From contig CAZICK010000007.1 of NCBI GenBank assembly GCA_964537505.1, positions 311 through 64,310 of the forward strand: 64,000 nucleotides of DNA, given 5' to 3'. The notes below the pieces were generated by a model, which was given only the letters and a program-made list of their open reading frames with translations, made no database searches and was not told the DNA's origin. A program made the translations under genes and the position numbers. Each line of letters begins with the position of its first letter. The first letter of the stretch is position 1. This document shows positions 37,220 through 47,055 of this stretch, in pieces. This DNA is from an uncultured Pirellulales bacterium. GTDB taxonomy: Bacteria; Planctomycetota; Phycisphaerae; Sedimentisphaerales; SM23-30.

Positions 37220-38677
37220 ATGACCTTTACAACCATCACATTTTTCTTGTTTCTTTTACTGGTTTTTACCGTCCATTGGCGGCTGAAGACGCGACTGGGC
37301 CAGAATCTGACACTTCTTATATCAAGCTACTTATTCTATAGCTGGTGGGATTACCGGTTCTGTGTTTTGATGCTGGTATCGAGCGTGGTGGATTATTGCG
37401 TCGGCAGATTGCTGGCTGGGAGCACGAACGTACATAGAAGAAAATGTCTGTTACTTGTAAGCATTATTACAAATATCGGCGTCCTGGGCTTTTTCAAATA
37501 TTATAATTTCTTCATAGAAAACCTGGCATCCCTGACAAATGCGATGGGTCTGGAAGTCAATTTGAGGACCCTAAGCATCATACTGCCGGTAGGGATAAGT
37601 TTTTATACCTTTCAGACCTTGGCATACACCATAGACATTTACCGAAATAAGATAAAACCCGAACGCAGTATAATCGATTATTTAACCTTTATTTCATTCT
37701 TCCCGCAACTTGTTGCCGGCCCGATCGAAAGATCCAAGAACCTGCTTCCCCAATTTAAGGTACATCGAGAGTTTTCATACGATCAGGGGAAACTGGGCAG
37801 TAAAATGATTTTGTGGGGCGCGTTTAAGAAGATGGTGATTGCGGATAATCTGGCAATTGTAGTGGACAGAACTTATGGGTCAGTGTCTGACTGTTCAGGT
37901 GGGCTTTTGGTTCTGGCGACTGTATTTTTTGCCTTCCAGATATACTGTGATTTTTCCGGATATTCGGATATTGCCATAGGAACGGCAAAACTCTTTAGAA
38001 TTAATCTGATGCAAAACTTTAATTTCCCTTATTTTTCCAAAAATATATCTGAGTTTTGGCGCCGCTGGCATATATCGTTGTCCACATGGTTTCGTGATTA
38101 CGTCTATATACCTTTGGGTGGTAGTCACAAAGGGAAGTTTCGTCAGTGTGTGAATGTGCTGGCAACTTTTATGATAAGCGGTTTTTGGCATGGTGCGTCG
38201 TGGAATTTTGTACTTTGGGGTTTGGTCAATGGGGTGGCCGTGATTCCGGTGATCCTGTTGGAGGGTAAAAAAAGAAGGACGAATCCTGCCATGCCGCCCG
38301 GTGAGGAAGGGATATTTCCGTCTTTGAGCTATGTGTTCAAGGTTGCAGTAACCATGTCTATTATATGTTTTTCCTGGATATTCTTTCGAGCGGCTGACAT
38401 TTCCGAATCGTTTGCGATCATCAGCAGGATTGCCGGCGGAATTGCCGATTGGAAATCGATAAGCATTTTCGGCCATACGTTGGCCGGCCAATCCAAGTAC
38501 ATTTCATTGTGTGTGTTGCTAATTGCGGCCGAATGGCTTACGCGTTCGCAGAACAACCCATTCCTGTGCCTGAAGGTTCCACGTATTGTGAGACTTGCCA
38601 TGTACTCCGCGATTGTATGGATAATAGTGGTGTTTGGCGCGATATCGTCAGGCCAGTTCATCTATTTCCAGTTTTGA
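37220..38677 (+). CDS. MBOAT-family membrane O-acyltransferase (AlgI/DltB-like)
   Basis: Polytopic protein. 'FWRRWHISLSTWFRDYVYIPLGG' carries the conserved His. Start moved to ATG 37220. Confidence 0.88.
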   Translation: MTFTTITFFLFLLLVFTVHWRLKTRLGQNLTLLISSYLFYSWWDYRFCVLMLVSSVVDYCVGRLLAGSTNVHRRKCLLLVSIITNIGVLGFFKYYNFFIENLASLTNAMGLEVNLRTLSIILPVGISFYTFQTLAYTIDIYRNKIKPERSIIDYLTFISFFPQLVAGPIERSKNLLPQFKVHREFSYDQGKLGSKMILWGAFKKMVIADNLAIVVDRTYGSVSDCSGGLLVLATVFFAFQIYCDFSGYSDIAIGTAKLFRINLMQNFNFPYFSKNISEFWRRWHISLSTWFRDYVYIPLGGSHKGKFRQCVNVLATFMISGFWHGASWNFVLWGLVNGVAVIPVILLEGKKRRTNPAMPPGEEGIFPSLSYVFKVAVTMSIICFSWIFFRAADISESFAIISRIAGGIADWKSISIFGHTLAGQSKYISLCVLLIAAEWLTRSQNNPFLCLKVPRIVRLAMYSAIVWIIVVFGAISSGQFIYFQF

Positions 38678-38684
38678 GGGCGAA

Positions 38685-39635
38685 ATGAAGAAATTCGTCG
38701 TTGAAATGAGTTTGTTTGTTGTTGTTCAATTTGTGATTGGACTGCTCATCGTTGTCAATTATCCGACAAATGATAACGGCTATTACGCTGCGGCCAAAGA
38801 CAAGCATGTCCGCCTGGCGTCAACCGCCAGTCCTCGATTGGTTCTGGTGGGAGGATCCAATCTGGCGTTCGGACTCAAATCGGGTGTTCTGCAGGATAAA
38901 CTGGGCATAAACGTGGTAAATATGGCTCTTCATGCCAGATTGGGGCTTCCCTTTATGCTTAATGAAATTACCGGACAATTGGGCCGGGGAGATGTCGTTC
39001 TTATATCATTGGAGTACGAACAGTTTGGGCAGGTCAAATCCGGAAATTATGTTATGAGAGCTCTGCAGCACAGACCTGAAAGTATTAATTTTATCGAACT
39101 TGGGGATATGAAAGAACTTGCTGATAGTATGCATCTGTTCTTAGGAAGTATTGCACGGAAATCCTTTTACAATTTGGTCGGTAGAGACACAGCCCCTCAT
39201 AAACCATATACCAGAGATTCGTTTAATCAATATGGCGACGTTGTTTGTCATTATAAAATGGACCGGGATGTGGACCGTCGTTTTGAAATGCATGCATTAT
39301 TAGTAAACGAAAGATCCGCAAGGCGTATAATCAAACAGCTAAATGAATTTAAGAGTATTTGCGAGAGCAAAGGGGCAAGTGTATTCTTTGCCTATCCTTC
39401 AGTTCTTAACGAATACTATTTCAGATTCAAACCTGAAATAGAGTTAATAGACAACTTGATGTCCGCAGAATGTGACATTCCACGAATCACCGGACCGGAA
39501 GAAAGCATATTCAATGAAAACTACTTTTATGACAGCATTTATCATTTGAATTTATCGGGGATTGACAAACGAACTAACATCTTAGTTGAAAAATTAGATG
39601 TAATAAAGAATTATGAGCTTGTTATGAGCCAATGA
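38685..39635 (+). CDS. Membrane-anchored partner of the MBOAT acyltransferase (AlgJ/DltD/SGNH-like, tentative)
   Basis: N-terminal TM anchor followed by 'RLVLVGGSNLAFG' (resembles SGNH block I). It lies immediately after the MBOAT gene, the usual position of AlgJ/X- or DltD-type partners. Fold assignment is tentative. Confidence 0.45.
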   Translation: MKKFVVEMSLFVVVQFVIGLLIVVNYPTNDNGYYAAAKDKHVRLASTASPRLVLVGGSNLAFGLKSGVLQDKLGINVVNMALHARLGLPFMLNEITGQLGRGDVVLISLEYEQFGQVKSGNYVMRALQHRPESINFIELGDMKELADSMHLFLGSIARKSFYNLVGRDTAPHKPYTRDSFNQYGDVVCHYKMDRDVDRRFEMHALLVNERSARRIIKQLNEFKSICESKGASVFFAYPSVLNEYYFRFKPEIELIDNLMSAECDIPRITGPEESIFNENYFYDSIYHLNLSGIDKRTNILVEKLDVIKNYELVMSQ

Positions 39636-39737
39636 GGCGTAGAGGTTCATTTCTTCGTGAGGCGGCAGGGAATGCAGGCCATCTACAAAAACGGATTAAG
39701 CTAATTGTTCGATTATCACCAAGGTGATCAAGTTCTG

Positions 39738-40682
39738 ATGAAACCAATGGAAACAGCCAAAAACAATGTTGAACGGCAGCGGTGTCCCAGTTGTGAAAGC
39801 CGGGAAATAGTACCATTCGGACAGGTGTCTCTTATTCAGGTGGCGTTGCCGAAAGGTATCGAACCTGTTCGTAATCTGATAAGATGCAATCGCTGCGGTT
39901 CGACAGGTGTGAAATGTGTTCCCCATGCGGATTTCCTGAGACAATATTATAATGCATACGCTACTGCGACGAACAAGGACCTTGACCGGCATGGAAACGG
40001 TGAGTGGGAAAAGCGAATCGTTTTGAAATCGATACGTCGTATCGCCAAAAAAATAGGAAGAGGTCGGGTTCTCGATATAGGATGTGGAGATGGAACTCTT
40101 TTGGCTGCTCTTCCGTCGGTGATGGATAAATTTGGCGTGGATCTCTCTGAAGAAGCCTGTGATCGGGTGCGCGAAAAGGGATTTCAGGCCCTTTGCGATT
40201 CTTTTCTGTCGGCCAGTTTCCCGTGCAAATTCGATCTGATTATAGCCCTGGACGTGTTAGAACATTTTCCCAATCCGCGGGAGGCCGTTCACCATATAAC
40301 CGAAATGCTCGCTCCCAATGGATATTTGGTCATTCAAACAGGTAATGCGGACTGTTTGACAGCTCGAATTCTGCGTGAAAACTGGTACTATACGGCGATA
40401 TTCGGCCATTTGTGCGTGTTGACGCCCTCGGCGCTGAGAGAAATCACCACTCTGGAGGGTCTGTCGGAAATATCGTTTTTTACAGGCATGCGAATACAAA
40501 CAGACTGGAAAACGCGTATCCATCGCACATGCCGGGCCTGCGGTTTTCACGCATACCGAAAACTGTATGGAATGTTCAAACCGTTTGCCGAGAAGTATTC
40601 CTTTCTTTACGAGCTTAATCAACACAGTCCGCCGCCGGCTCGCAATCGCGATCACATGACATACATTGGTCGAAAAGTGTAA
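39738..40682 (+). CDS. Class I SAM-dependent methyltransferase with N-terminal 4-Cys zinc ribbon
   Basis: 'CPSCESRE...CNRCGS', then motif I 'VLDIGCGDGTLL' and 'DLIIALDVLEHF'. Confidence 0.75.
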   Translation: MKPMETAKNNVERQRCPSCESREIVPFGQVSLIQVALPKGIEPVRNLIRCNRCGSTGVKCVPHADFLRQYYNAYATATNKDLDRHGNGEWEKRIVLKSIRRIAKKIGRGRVLDIGCGDGTLLAALPSVMDKFGVDLSEEACDRVREKGFQALCDSFLSASFPCKFDLIIALDVLEHFPNPREAVHHITEMLAPNGYLVIQTGNADCLTARILRENWYYTAIFGHLCVLTPSALREITTLEGLSEISFFTGMRIQTDWKTRIHRTCRACGFHAYRKLYGMFKPFAEKYSFLYELNQHSPPPARNRDHMTYIGRKV

Positions 40683-40713
40683 GTTAAATGCAAATTCCCA
40701 TACGTTGGAAACT

Positions 40714-42111
40714 ATGCTTATGAATATCGGCTATCCGACCTTCGTGTTAATTATTCTTCTGGCTGTTGGAATCCCTCTGGCAATAATAAGGCCATACAAG
40801 GCTTTTCTTTTGGGTTGTCTGCTGATAGTGGGCGGCAGTGCGGCTGAGTTTAATGCGACGCGTATCTCGTTTCTAGGCCCTTATCTGAATCTGAAAGATG
40901 CGTGTGTTCTGATCGGGCTGCTGGGCTTGTTTGTTGACAGGTGGAACAATAAATCACGAGTTGTAATTCCGCAGGTTTTAGCCTTGATCTTGTTCGCCCT
41001 GTTTGTTGGCGCCATGCAAAGTTTTGCCATGTTTGGCTGGGCATATAACACCGTCCGGGCGACCCGTTGGGCTTTGGCATTTCCCATAGGTTTGTTCCTG
41101 GGGGCCAATTTTGTTAACAGTCCCCACAGAGCCAAACTTCTGATCGGTGTCCTTCTGGCTGGAGTGATCCTGGCGGCTCTCCAGCATTGCTGGCTTGTTA
41201 TCATTATGCAACGGTCGTTTTGGGTAGATGCAACAAACTATAATATGATCCGCTCTATCGATTTTTTAGGTGGTGGAGTAACTCCGGTATTTCTGGCAGT
41301 TGCGATAGTATGGAAGCTGCCCCAAAAAAACCTTCTCAAAACATTGTATCTTGCTGCCGGCGGTCTTTTGGTTCTCGGCGTATTTCTTACCCAAACACGG
41401 TCGATATGGTTTGCATTGGTGGCAACTGTTCCGGTAGTATTTCTGCTATTTGAACAGCGGCGTCGATTGGTTTCGAGCTTGCGCAACGCCATCATTGTTT
41501 TTGCGGCATGTACACTTGCTTTTGGTTTCTTTAGCAAAATGTCCCCCAATCTTGATCCGTTCGGAATAATATCACACCGGCTCTTTCGTTTGGATGATAC
41601 GTCGGAACATGCCTCGAGTGCAGGCTCTCGTATTAGGGCTTACACAACCGAACTTCAACACTGGTACGAAGGTACATTGGTTTTTGGGCGGGGGTTATCT
41701 TTCTTTCAGAACATGGATTTTGGAAGAGGGTCTTCGGAGACAAGAATCGCGTTTGGACATGCAGGACATGCCACTTATCTTTCCCAGCTTGGCCTTGTCG
41801 GCTTGTGCATTTATAGCGTATATCTTCCTCTGTCAATTATTCGCAGGGCCAGGACAATCTGGCTTTACGATGAGGACTCCGGCAATCGGTATTTATCCCT
41901 GCTGGGAGGAGGATGTATAATCTATCTTTCTTTTCTTCATGTGATGAGTTCGAGCCTGCTTGCGCCGGATTCGTTTGCCCCGGGAGTTCTGTGCGGCAGC
42001 GTATGGACTCTGAGCCAAAAATTCCCAGTACAACAACCGGTCGTCAGGATATACGGAAATAATCGCCGACTTGACCGCAATTTGCAGACTTGTGCCGAAA
42101 AACAGACATAA
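40714..42111 (+). CDS. O-antigen polymerase/ligase-family membrane protein (Wzy-like)
   Basis: Polytopic protein. 'LTQTRSIWFALV' and 'GHAGHATYLSQLGLVG' are typical Wzy_C patterns. Confidence 0.7.
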   Translation: MLMNIGYPTFVLIILLAVGIPLAIIRPYKAFLLGCLLIVGGSAAEFNATRISFLGPYLNLKDACVLIGLLGLFVDRWNNKSRVVIPQVLALILFALFVGAMQSFAMFGWAYNTVRATRWALAFPIGLFLGANFVNSPHRAKLLIGVLLAGVILAALQHCWLVIIMQRSFWVDATNYNMIRSIDFLGGGVTPVFLAVAIVWKLPQKNLLKTLYLAAGGLLVLGVFLTQTRSIWFALVATVPVVFLLFEQRRRLVSSLRNAIIVFAACTLAFGFFSKMSPNLDPFGIISHRLFRLDDTSEHASSAGSRIRAYTTELQHWYEGTLVFGRGLSFFQNMDFGRGSSETRIAFGHAGHATYLSQLGLVGLCIYSVYLPLSIIRRARTIWLYDEDSGNRYLSLLGGGCIIYLSFLHVMSSSLLAPDSFAPGVLCGSVWTLSQKFPVQQPVVRIYGNNRRLDRNLQTCAEKQT

Positions 42112-42132
42112 AACAAAAGGAAAAATACGGTA

Positions 42133-42957
42133 ATGTTTCCAACGTTTCTTGGCATAGGTGTTCCACGGTCCGGAACCACATGGCTGCACGAGTTATTGAA
42201 TAGTCATCCCGAAGTGTTTGTTCCCCGCCGCCGCAAGGAAATACACTTCTTTGACCGGGATTACCGTTACGGCCCACAATGGTATGAAAAGTTTTTTCCG
42301 TCTCAGGCAAATGGATATAAGGCGGTGGGAGAGATAACGCCTCACTATTTGTTCCCTGATTGCTGTCCGCAGCGGATTGCGACAATGCCGATGATCTCCC
42401 ATCTTATCCTGATTTTGCGCAATCCTATCGACAGAGCATACTCTCATTACCGCTTTCGCATCCAGTGGCAAAACTATAGAAAAACATTCGAAGAATTTAT
42501 GTCAGACGAACCGAAAAGTATCGAATGGGGTTTCTACAGCCGGTATCTCAAAAACTATCTGAATCATTTTTCGCGAGAGCAAATATTGATCTTAATTCAC
42601 GAGGAAATTTTTGACGACATTGTGCGAACTCGTCAAGCGATAGCTGACTTCCTTGGCATAGATGCACATCGATTCCCGGAACATGCCGGCACAGAAAGAG
42701 TCAACAGAAGTGCCGCTCCAGGATTCGCCCCGGTATGCAAGATCGCTTCCAGGGCAAACGCAGCTCTAAGGGCGCAAAATCTTGACTGGGTCGTCAATCT
42801 TGGGAAAAAACTCGGTGTCAAACAGTTATTCGGTACCAAAAAAGTGCCTGTTGACCCCATGTTGAAGGAAACTCGCGATCACCTGTACAAACTTTACGAA
42901 GAAGATATTCGTCAACTGGAAGCGATTCTGCAGAAAGATATGGTGCTTTGGAAATAA
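42133..42957 (+). CDS. PAPS-dependent sulfotransferase
   Basis: 5'-PSB motif 'GVPRSGTTWLHELL' and 3'-PB motif 'ILRNPIDRAYSHY'. Confidence 0.85.
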   Translation: MFPTFLGIGVPRSGTTWLHELLNSHPEVFVPRRRKEIHFFDRDYRYGPQWYEKFFPSQANGYKAVGEITPHYLFPDCCPQRIATMPMISHLILILRNPIDRAYSHYRFRIQWQNYRKTFEEFMSDEPKSIEWGFYSRYLKNYLNHFSREQILILIHEEIFDDIVRTRQAIADFLGIDAHRFPEHAGTERVNRSAAPGFAPVCKIASRANAALRAQNLDWVVNLGKKLGVKQLFGTKKVPVDPMLKETRDHLYKLYEEDIRQLEAILQKDMVLWK

Positions 42958-43241
42958 AAGAGATTGGAACCGAGGCGCTATGGTTTCCAAATTGAGCGAT
43001 TGGTACACTGCCAGGCTTTTTCATTCGGGTTAACTTTCGCAGTTTTTTTAACCCAATTTCCATTCAACAGGGCCTGTTACGCGAAAACGGATTTTTATAT
43101 GAATTCGATAAATGTTTCACTAACGTATAAAATTATCGTTCTTGGCTCCAAAGGCCCTGTTCTAACTTTGCGTATAAACAATACGCAAGAAAAAGTGCGA
43201 AATCGTACTTCGGTATGGATATGTAACGGCTTAAGAAGGTA

Positions 43242-43958
43242 ATGATGACTCAGGAAGAAAACACAATTGTTGCCACGGCTTATCGCGGCCGTGCCGCTGT
43301 CGAATACGACCAACAACGTTTTGTGACCAGCCGGGGACTTGCCTTTGATACGCTCGAATGGAAAGAACTCCAAAGAGCCGTTGCCAGGGTTCCACAGGAC
43401 GCCTTGGTACTTGAAGTGGGCTGTGGCACGTCGCGATTTGCCAAACGTCTTGCCGAAAGAGGTTTTTGTGTTCGGGCTGTCGATCCGTCAGCAGATATGA
43501 TCGAAGTTTCCACCCGAAAATGCCGTGGGATGGATAACATGACTTTTGCCCAAGAGGAGGCGGCCGCTCTGAGTTCAGAAAACGAAACGTTCGGCTTGGT
43601 TTACTCGATCAGGGTTACGAACCAAACCCAGTCCAAAGAGTACGCCTTTCGAATGATACGGGAAATGATTCGCGTAGCGAAACCAGGCGGATTAGTGCTG
43701 GTCGAATTCGCCAACAGTCAGCGCCCCTTAAAGAAAGATAACAAGAGTACTAAATTGTCTTTTGACCAGATCGCACAGCTTGCCGACGAATTGGACTGTT
43801 GTGTTGAAAGCCGACGAGGCATATTGATTTTCTCGCAGACAATTTTGAACAGGATACCTTCTTTGCTGGTTCCAGCGTGGTGTATTGTCGAAAAAATCGC
43901 CGGAGTGTTTTTCTGGCGGTGGGCATCCAGGGGCTATTGCATTATCAAAAAACGGTGA
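43242..43958 (+). CDS. Class I SAM-dependent methyltransferase
   Basis: 'VLEVGCGTSRFAKRL' and 'AKPGGLVLVEF'. Confidence 0.8.
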   Translation: MMTQEENTIVATAYRGRAAVEYDQQRFVTSRGLAFDTLEWKELQRAVARVPQDALVLEVGCGTSRFAKRLAERGFCVRAVDPSADMIEVSTRKCRGMDNMTFAQEEAAALSSENETFGLVYSIRVTNQTQSKEYAFRMIREMIRVAKPGGLVLVEFANSQRPLKKDNKSTKLSFDQIAQLADELDCCVESRRGILIFSQTILNRIPSLLVPAWCIVEKIAGVFFWRWASRGYCIIKKR

Positions 43959-43982
43959 ACCGGCAAGGGAAACAAACTGAAA

Positions 43983-45122
43983 ATGAAAATAGGAATTTTT
44001 GTTGTCGGAGCATTTTGTCAGGCTGAATACCGCAATGCGGTTTCAGGACATGTGCAAATACCACTGATGGCGGCGAAAATGCTGGCCAATGCCGGCCATG
44101 ACGTAACTGTCATTACAACAAAATCAAACCAGACAGATATTCTTCCCGGTGATATTGGTCAGGATGTTGCGGTTCATGTTATTGAACATGCCTCGCGCAA
44201 CTGGCCCCAAAAAGGCGTGCGCATGAGTAAAGCGCCAAAACATGTATGGCAGTTATTCTCATTCTTGAGAAGAGAATCTTTCGATACTGTTCATTTTTTT
44301 GGAGGAAGCAACACCGGGTTCATTCTGGGTTGCCTGAAACGGCTTGGCATTAATTCTCACGCATTTTTTAGCCCTGTTAAAAACCCGGTAAAGTACACTT
44401 CCGTATTGTCGCATCTGGCCGCAAAAAAGGTGTTCGGAGGTATCGATAAATTTATTGCTACTTCAAGTTATGTTCGTGACGGATGGAAGCAACTGTATGG
44501 AAATAACAGGTGCAGCACTTTGCATCCGGGAGTCTTCAAGAATATGCCCATGCCAAGACTGAACGCACCAAAAAACTCTGTTCTGTTCTGGCGCAACGCA
44601 GGTTATCAAAACGGCGCCGATCTTGCCATGAGTTCGTTTGTGGAATTAGCTCCGAAATATCCGGATGTCCGTTTCGTTTTCGCCGTCCGTCCGCATGATG
44701 TATTTGAGCAGGATATGCTTGAATTGGAAAAACGAGTAGCGAATATCGACGTACACATCTATCCATACGACAGCGGTGTGACTCTGGAAAAACTTCTCGA
44801 ACAGGCTCTGCTTGTGGTACAGCCGTTTCGCAAACTTTCCATAAATCCACAAATGTCGATTTTAGAAACTTTATATGCAGGCGTTCCCGTGATAACAACC
44901 AGAATTGAATCGAATGCGGAACTGATCGAAGATGGCCAAACCGGGCTTTTAATCCCCCCTGGTGATAAAGATGCTCTGACCCAGGCGATTGTCGCTATGC
45001 TGGAAAATCGGAGCCTGTGTGAAAAGATGGCGTATAATGCTCGGCCCAGAACTGAGAATCTCTGGAACTGGCAATCTTTTGGAAAGGAACTCGTGGAAAT
45101 ATATGAAAACACCATCTCCTGA
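43983..45122 (+). CDS. Glycosyltransferase family 1/4
   Basis: 'ILETLYAGVPVITTRIESNAELIEDGQTGLLIPPGD' (GT4 E-x7-E region). Confidence 0.8.
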   Translation: MKIGIFVVGAFCQAEYRNAVSGHVQIPLMAAKMLANAGHDVTVITTKSNQTDILPGDIGQDVAVHVIEHASRNWPQKGVRMSKAPKHVWQLFSFLRRESFDTVHFFGGSNTGFILGCLKRLGINSHAFFSPVKNPVKYTSVLSHLAAKKVFGGIDKFIATSSYVRDGWKQLYGNNRCSTLHPGVFKNMPMPRLNAPKNSVLFWRNAGYQNGADLAMSSFVELAPKYPDVRFVFAVRPHDVFEQDMLELEKRVANIDVHIYPYDSGVTLEKLLEQALLVVQPFRKLSINPQMSILETLYAGVPVITTRIESNAELIEDGQTGLLIPPGDKDALTQAIVAMLENRSLCEKMAYNARPRTENLWNWQSFGKELVEIYENTIS

Positions 45123-45996
45123 AAACCATCCACGAATTACGATTGTGACTCCTTCGCTCAATCAGGGGCGGTACATCAGGGAAACCATCGAATCGATTAT
45201 CACCCAGGATTATCCTAATCTGGAATATTTCATAATCGACGGCGGCAGTACCGACGGCAGCGTGGATATCATCCGCGAGTATGAAGACCAGGTGGATTAC
45301 TGGGTCAGTGAAAATGACAGGGGACAATCAGATGCGATCATGAAGGGATTCGCCCGGGCTACCGGAGAGCTTTTTGCCTGGGTCAATAGCGATGATGTCC
45401 TGCTGCCCGGCTGCCTGACAGAGATCGCGGAGAACTACTTACAAAATCAAAAACCGGATATTGTAACCGCAAACGTAACATACATGGATGATGATGGGAA
45501 AATCACGCGATATGTTCGACTTCCCCAACAAAGCAGATTCTTTTTCTTCCGTGGCATTTGGCATGCATCGGCGCCGGCGGTCTTTTTCAAGACTTCTCTT
45601 TTTCACGCGGCCGGCGGTCTTAATCCCGATTACCATTTGTGTATGGACCTCGATCTGTGGATGAAAATGATGAAAAAAGGCGCCCGGGTGGCACATATAT
45701 CGCGATATCTGGGAGCATTCCGCTGGCACGCAAACGCCAAAACAGTGTTATCTATTGATAAACAAACAGCAGCCTTAAGTTCAGAAAGAACCGAAATCTT
45801 GAAAGAAAACATCACAGGTTTTTCTATCCGAAAAGTATTGTTTTGGAGAAAAGTTTATAAACTCTATCAAATAGCCAATCTTAACTACCTCCGAGAATAC
45901 CTCTCCTGTCGTTCCGTTAAAGGAAAACTGTGGTGGCAGATATTCCGTGCCGGCCCTTCTGCACTACTATCCTGTAAAAACTCGAATTCTCGTTAA
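45103..45996 (+). CDS. Glycosyltransferase family 2
   Basis: 'ITIVTPSLNQGRYIRETIESIITQDYPNLEYFIIDGGSTDGS' is the classic GT2 opening. ATG 45103 overlaps the upstream gene by 20 nt. Confidence 0.85.
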   Translation: MKTPSPENHPRITIVTPSLNQGRYIRETIESIITQDYPNLEYFIIDGGSTDGSVDIIREYEDQVDYWVSENDRGQSDAIMKGFARATGELFAWVNSDDVLLPGCLTEIAENYLQNQKPDIVTANVTYMDDDGKITRYVRLPQQSRFFFFRGIWHASAPAVFFKTSLFHAAGGLNPDYHLCMDLDLWMKMMKKGARVAHISRYLGAFRWHANAKTVLSIDKQTAALSSERTEILKENITGFSIRKVLFWRKVYKLYQIANLNYLREYLSCRSVKGKLWWQIFRAGPSALLSCKNSNSR

Positions 45997-46035
45997 GATT
46001 CTATCTCGCGTTTTCTCGTTGAGTTATTGGTCACA

Positions 46036-47040
46036 ATGAGCAAAAATATGAAAAGTATTATTAAGAAAATGTTTCGTGAGTTTGTATTATGCTGTTTGCA
46101 TCCATTGTTAGATGTTATTTTGTCACCTATTATAACGCTATCGGCGACCGCTCTTTATTATTTCAGAAAGAAGAGATTTAAGGGCTTGTTCTTGAGTAGG
46201 GCAATTTTATACAAGATAGGTGTATTCCCTATAAACGACCATTATTGTGAGCCTTTATTTAATCCGAAGCGACTGCGAAAGTCACTTCGTGAGGACAGGA
46301 ATTTACCAGGAATTGATTTTAACATAAACGAACAACTCGATGTCCTCAATAAGTTCGATTTTAATGAAGAACTAAAGCGATTCCCGGTTGAAAGAACAAA
46401 AAATAAACTGGAATATTTCTATAATAATGATTCATTTAAATCCGGTGATGCAGAATATTTATACAATATAATCCGACTTTTCAAGCCGAAAAAAATGATC
46501 GAGGTTGGCAGCGGCAACTCCACACTGATGGCCTTAAATGCCACAAATAAGAACAAATTGGAGGATTCTGATTATCATTGTGAACTTGTTTGTATCGAGC
46601 CGTATAAAAACAACTGGTTGGAAAAAACAGGTGCGCGGATATTAAGAAGCAAGGTCGAAGATATTGACCTGACCATATTTAAGAGTCTGAATTCTAAAGA
46701 TATACTATTCATTGACTCTTCACACATGATAAGGCCGCAAGGAGACGTTCTCTTTGAATATCTGGAAATATTGCCAACATTAAAATCAGGTGTTTTGATT
46801 CACCTTCATGATATTTTCACTCCAAAAGATTATTTGGATGAATGGATTTATGATAGTGTCCTTTTTTGGAATGAACAATATCTTCTGGAAGCCTTTTTGA
46901 CCTTTAACAGCCAATTTAGAATTATAGGCGCAATAAATTATTTGATGCATAACCACTATAAAAAACTTTCAGAAAAATGTCCCATCTTGAAAAATCAAGT
47001 AAATAGAGAGCCAGGCTCTTTTTGGCTCATTAAAAATTAA
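46036..47040 (+). CDS. Class I SAM-dependent methyltransferase (Methyltransf_24-like), in a conspicuously AT-rich segment
   Basis: 'MIEVGSGNSTLMAL' and 'ILFIDSSHM'. By eye, the local base composition is much lower in G+C than the neighbouring genes. Confidence 0.65.
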   Translation: MSKNMKSIIKKMFREFVLCCLHPLLDVILSPIITLSATALYYFRKKRFKGLFLSRAILYKIGVFPINDHYCEPLFNPKRLRKSLREDRNLPGIDFNINEQLDVLNKFDFNEELKRFPVERTKNKLEYFYNNDSFKSGDAEYLYNIIRLFKPKKMIEVGSGNSTLMALNATNKNKLEDSDYHCELVCIEPYKNNWLEKTGARILRSKVEDIDLTIFKSLNSKDILFIDSSHMIRPQGDVLFEYLEILPTLKSGVLIHLHDIFTPKDYLDEWIYDSVLFWNEQYLLEAFLTFNSQFRIIGAINYLMHNHYKKLSEKCPILKNQVNREPGSFWLIKN

Positions 47041-47055
47041 CTGGGTTTAAAACTC

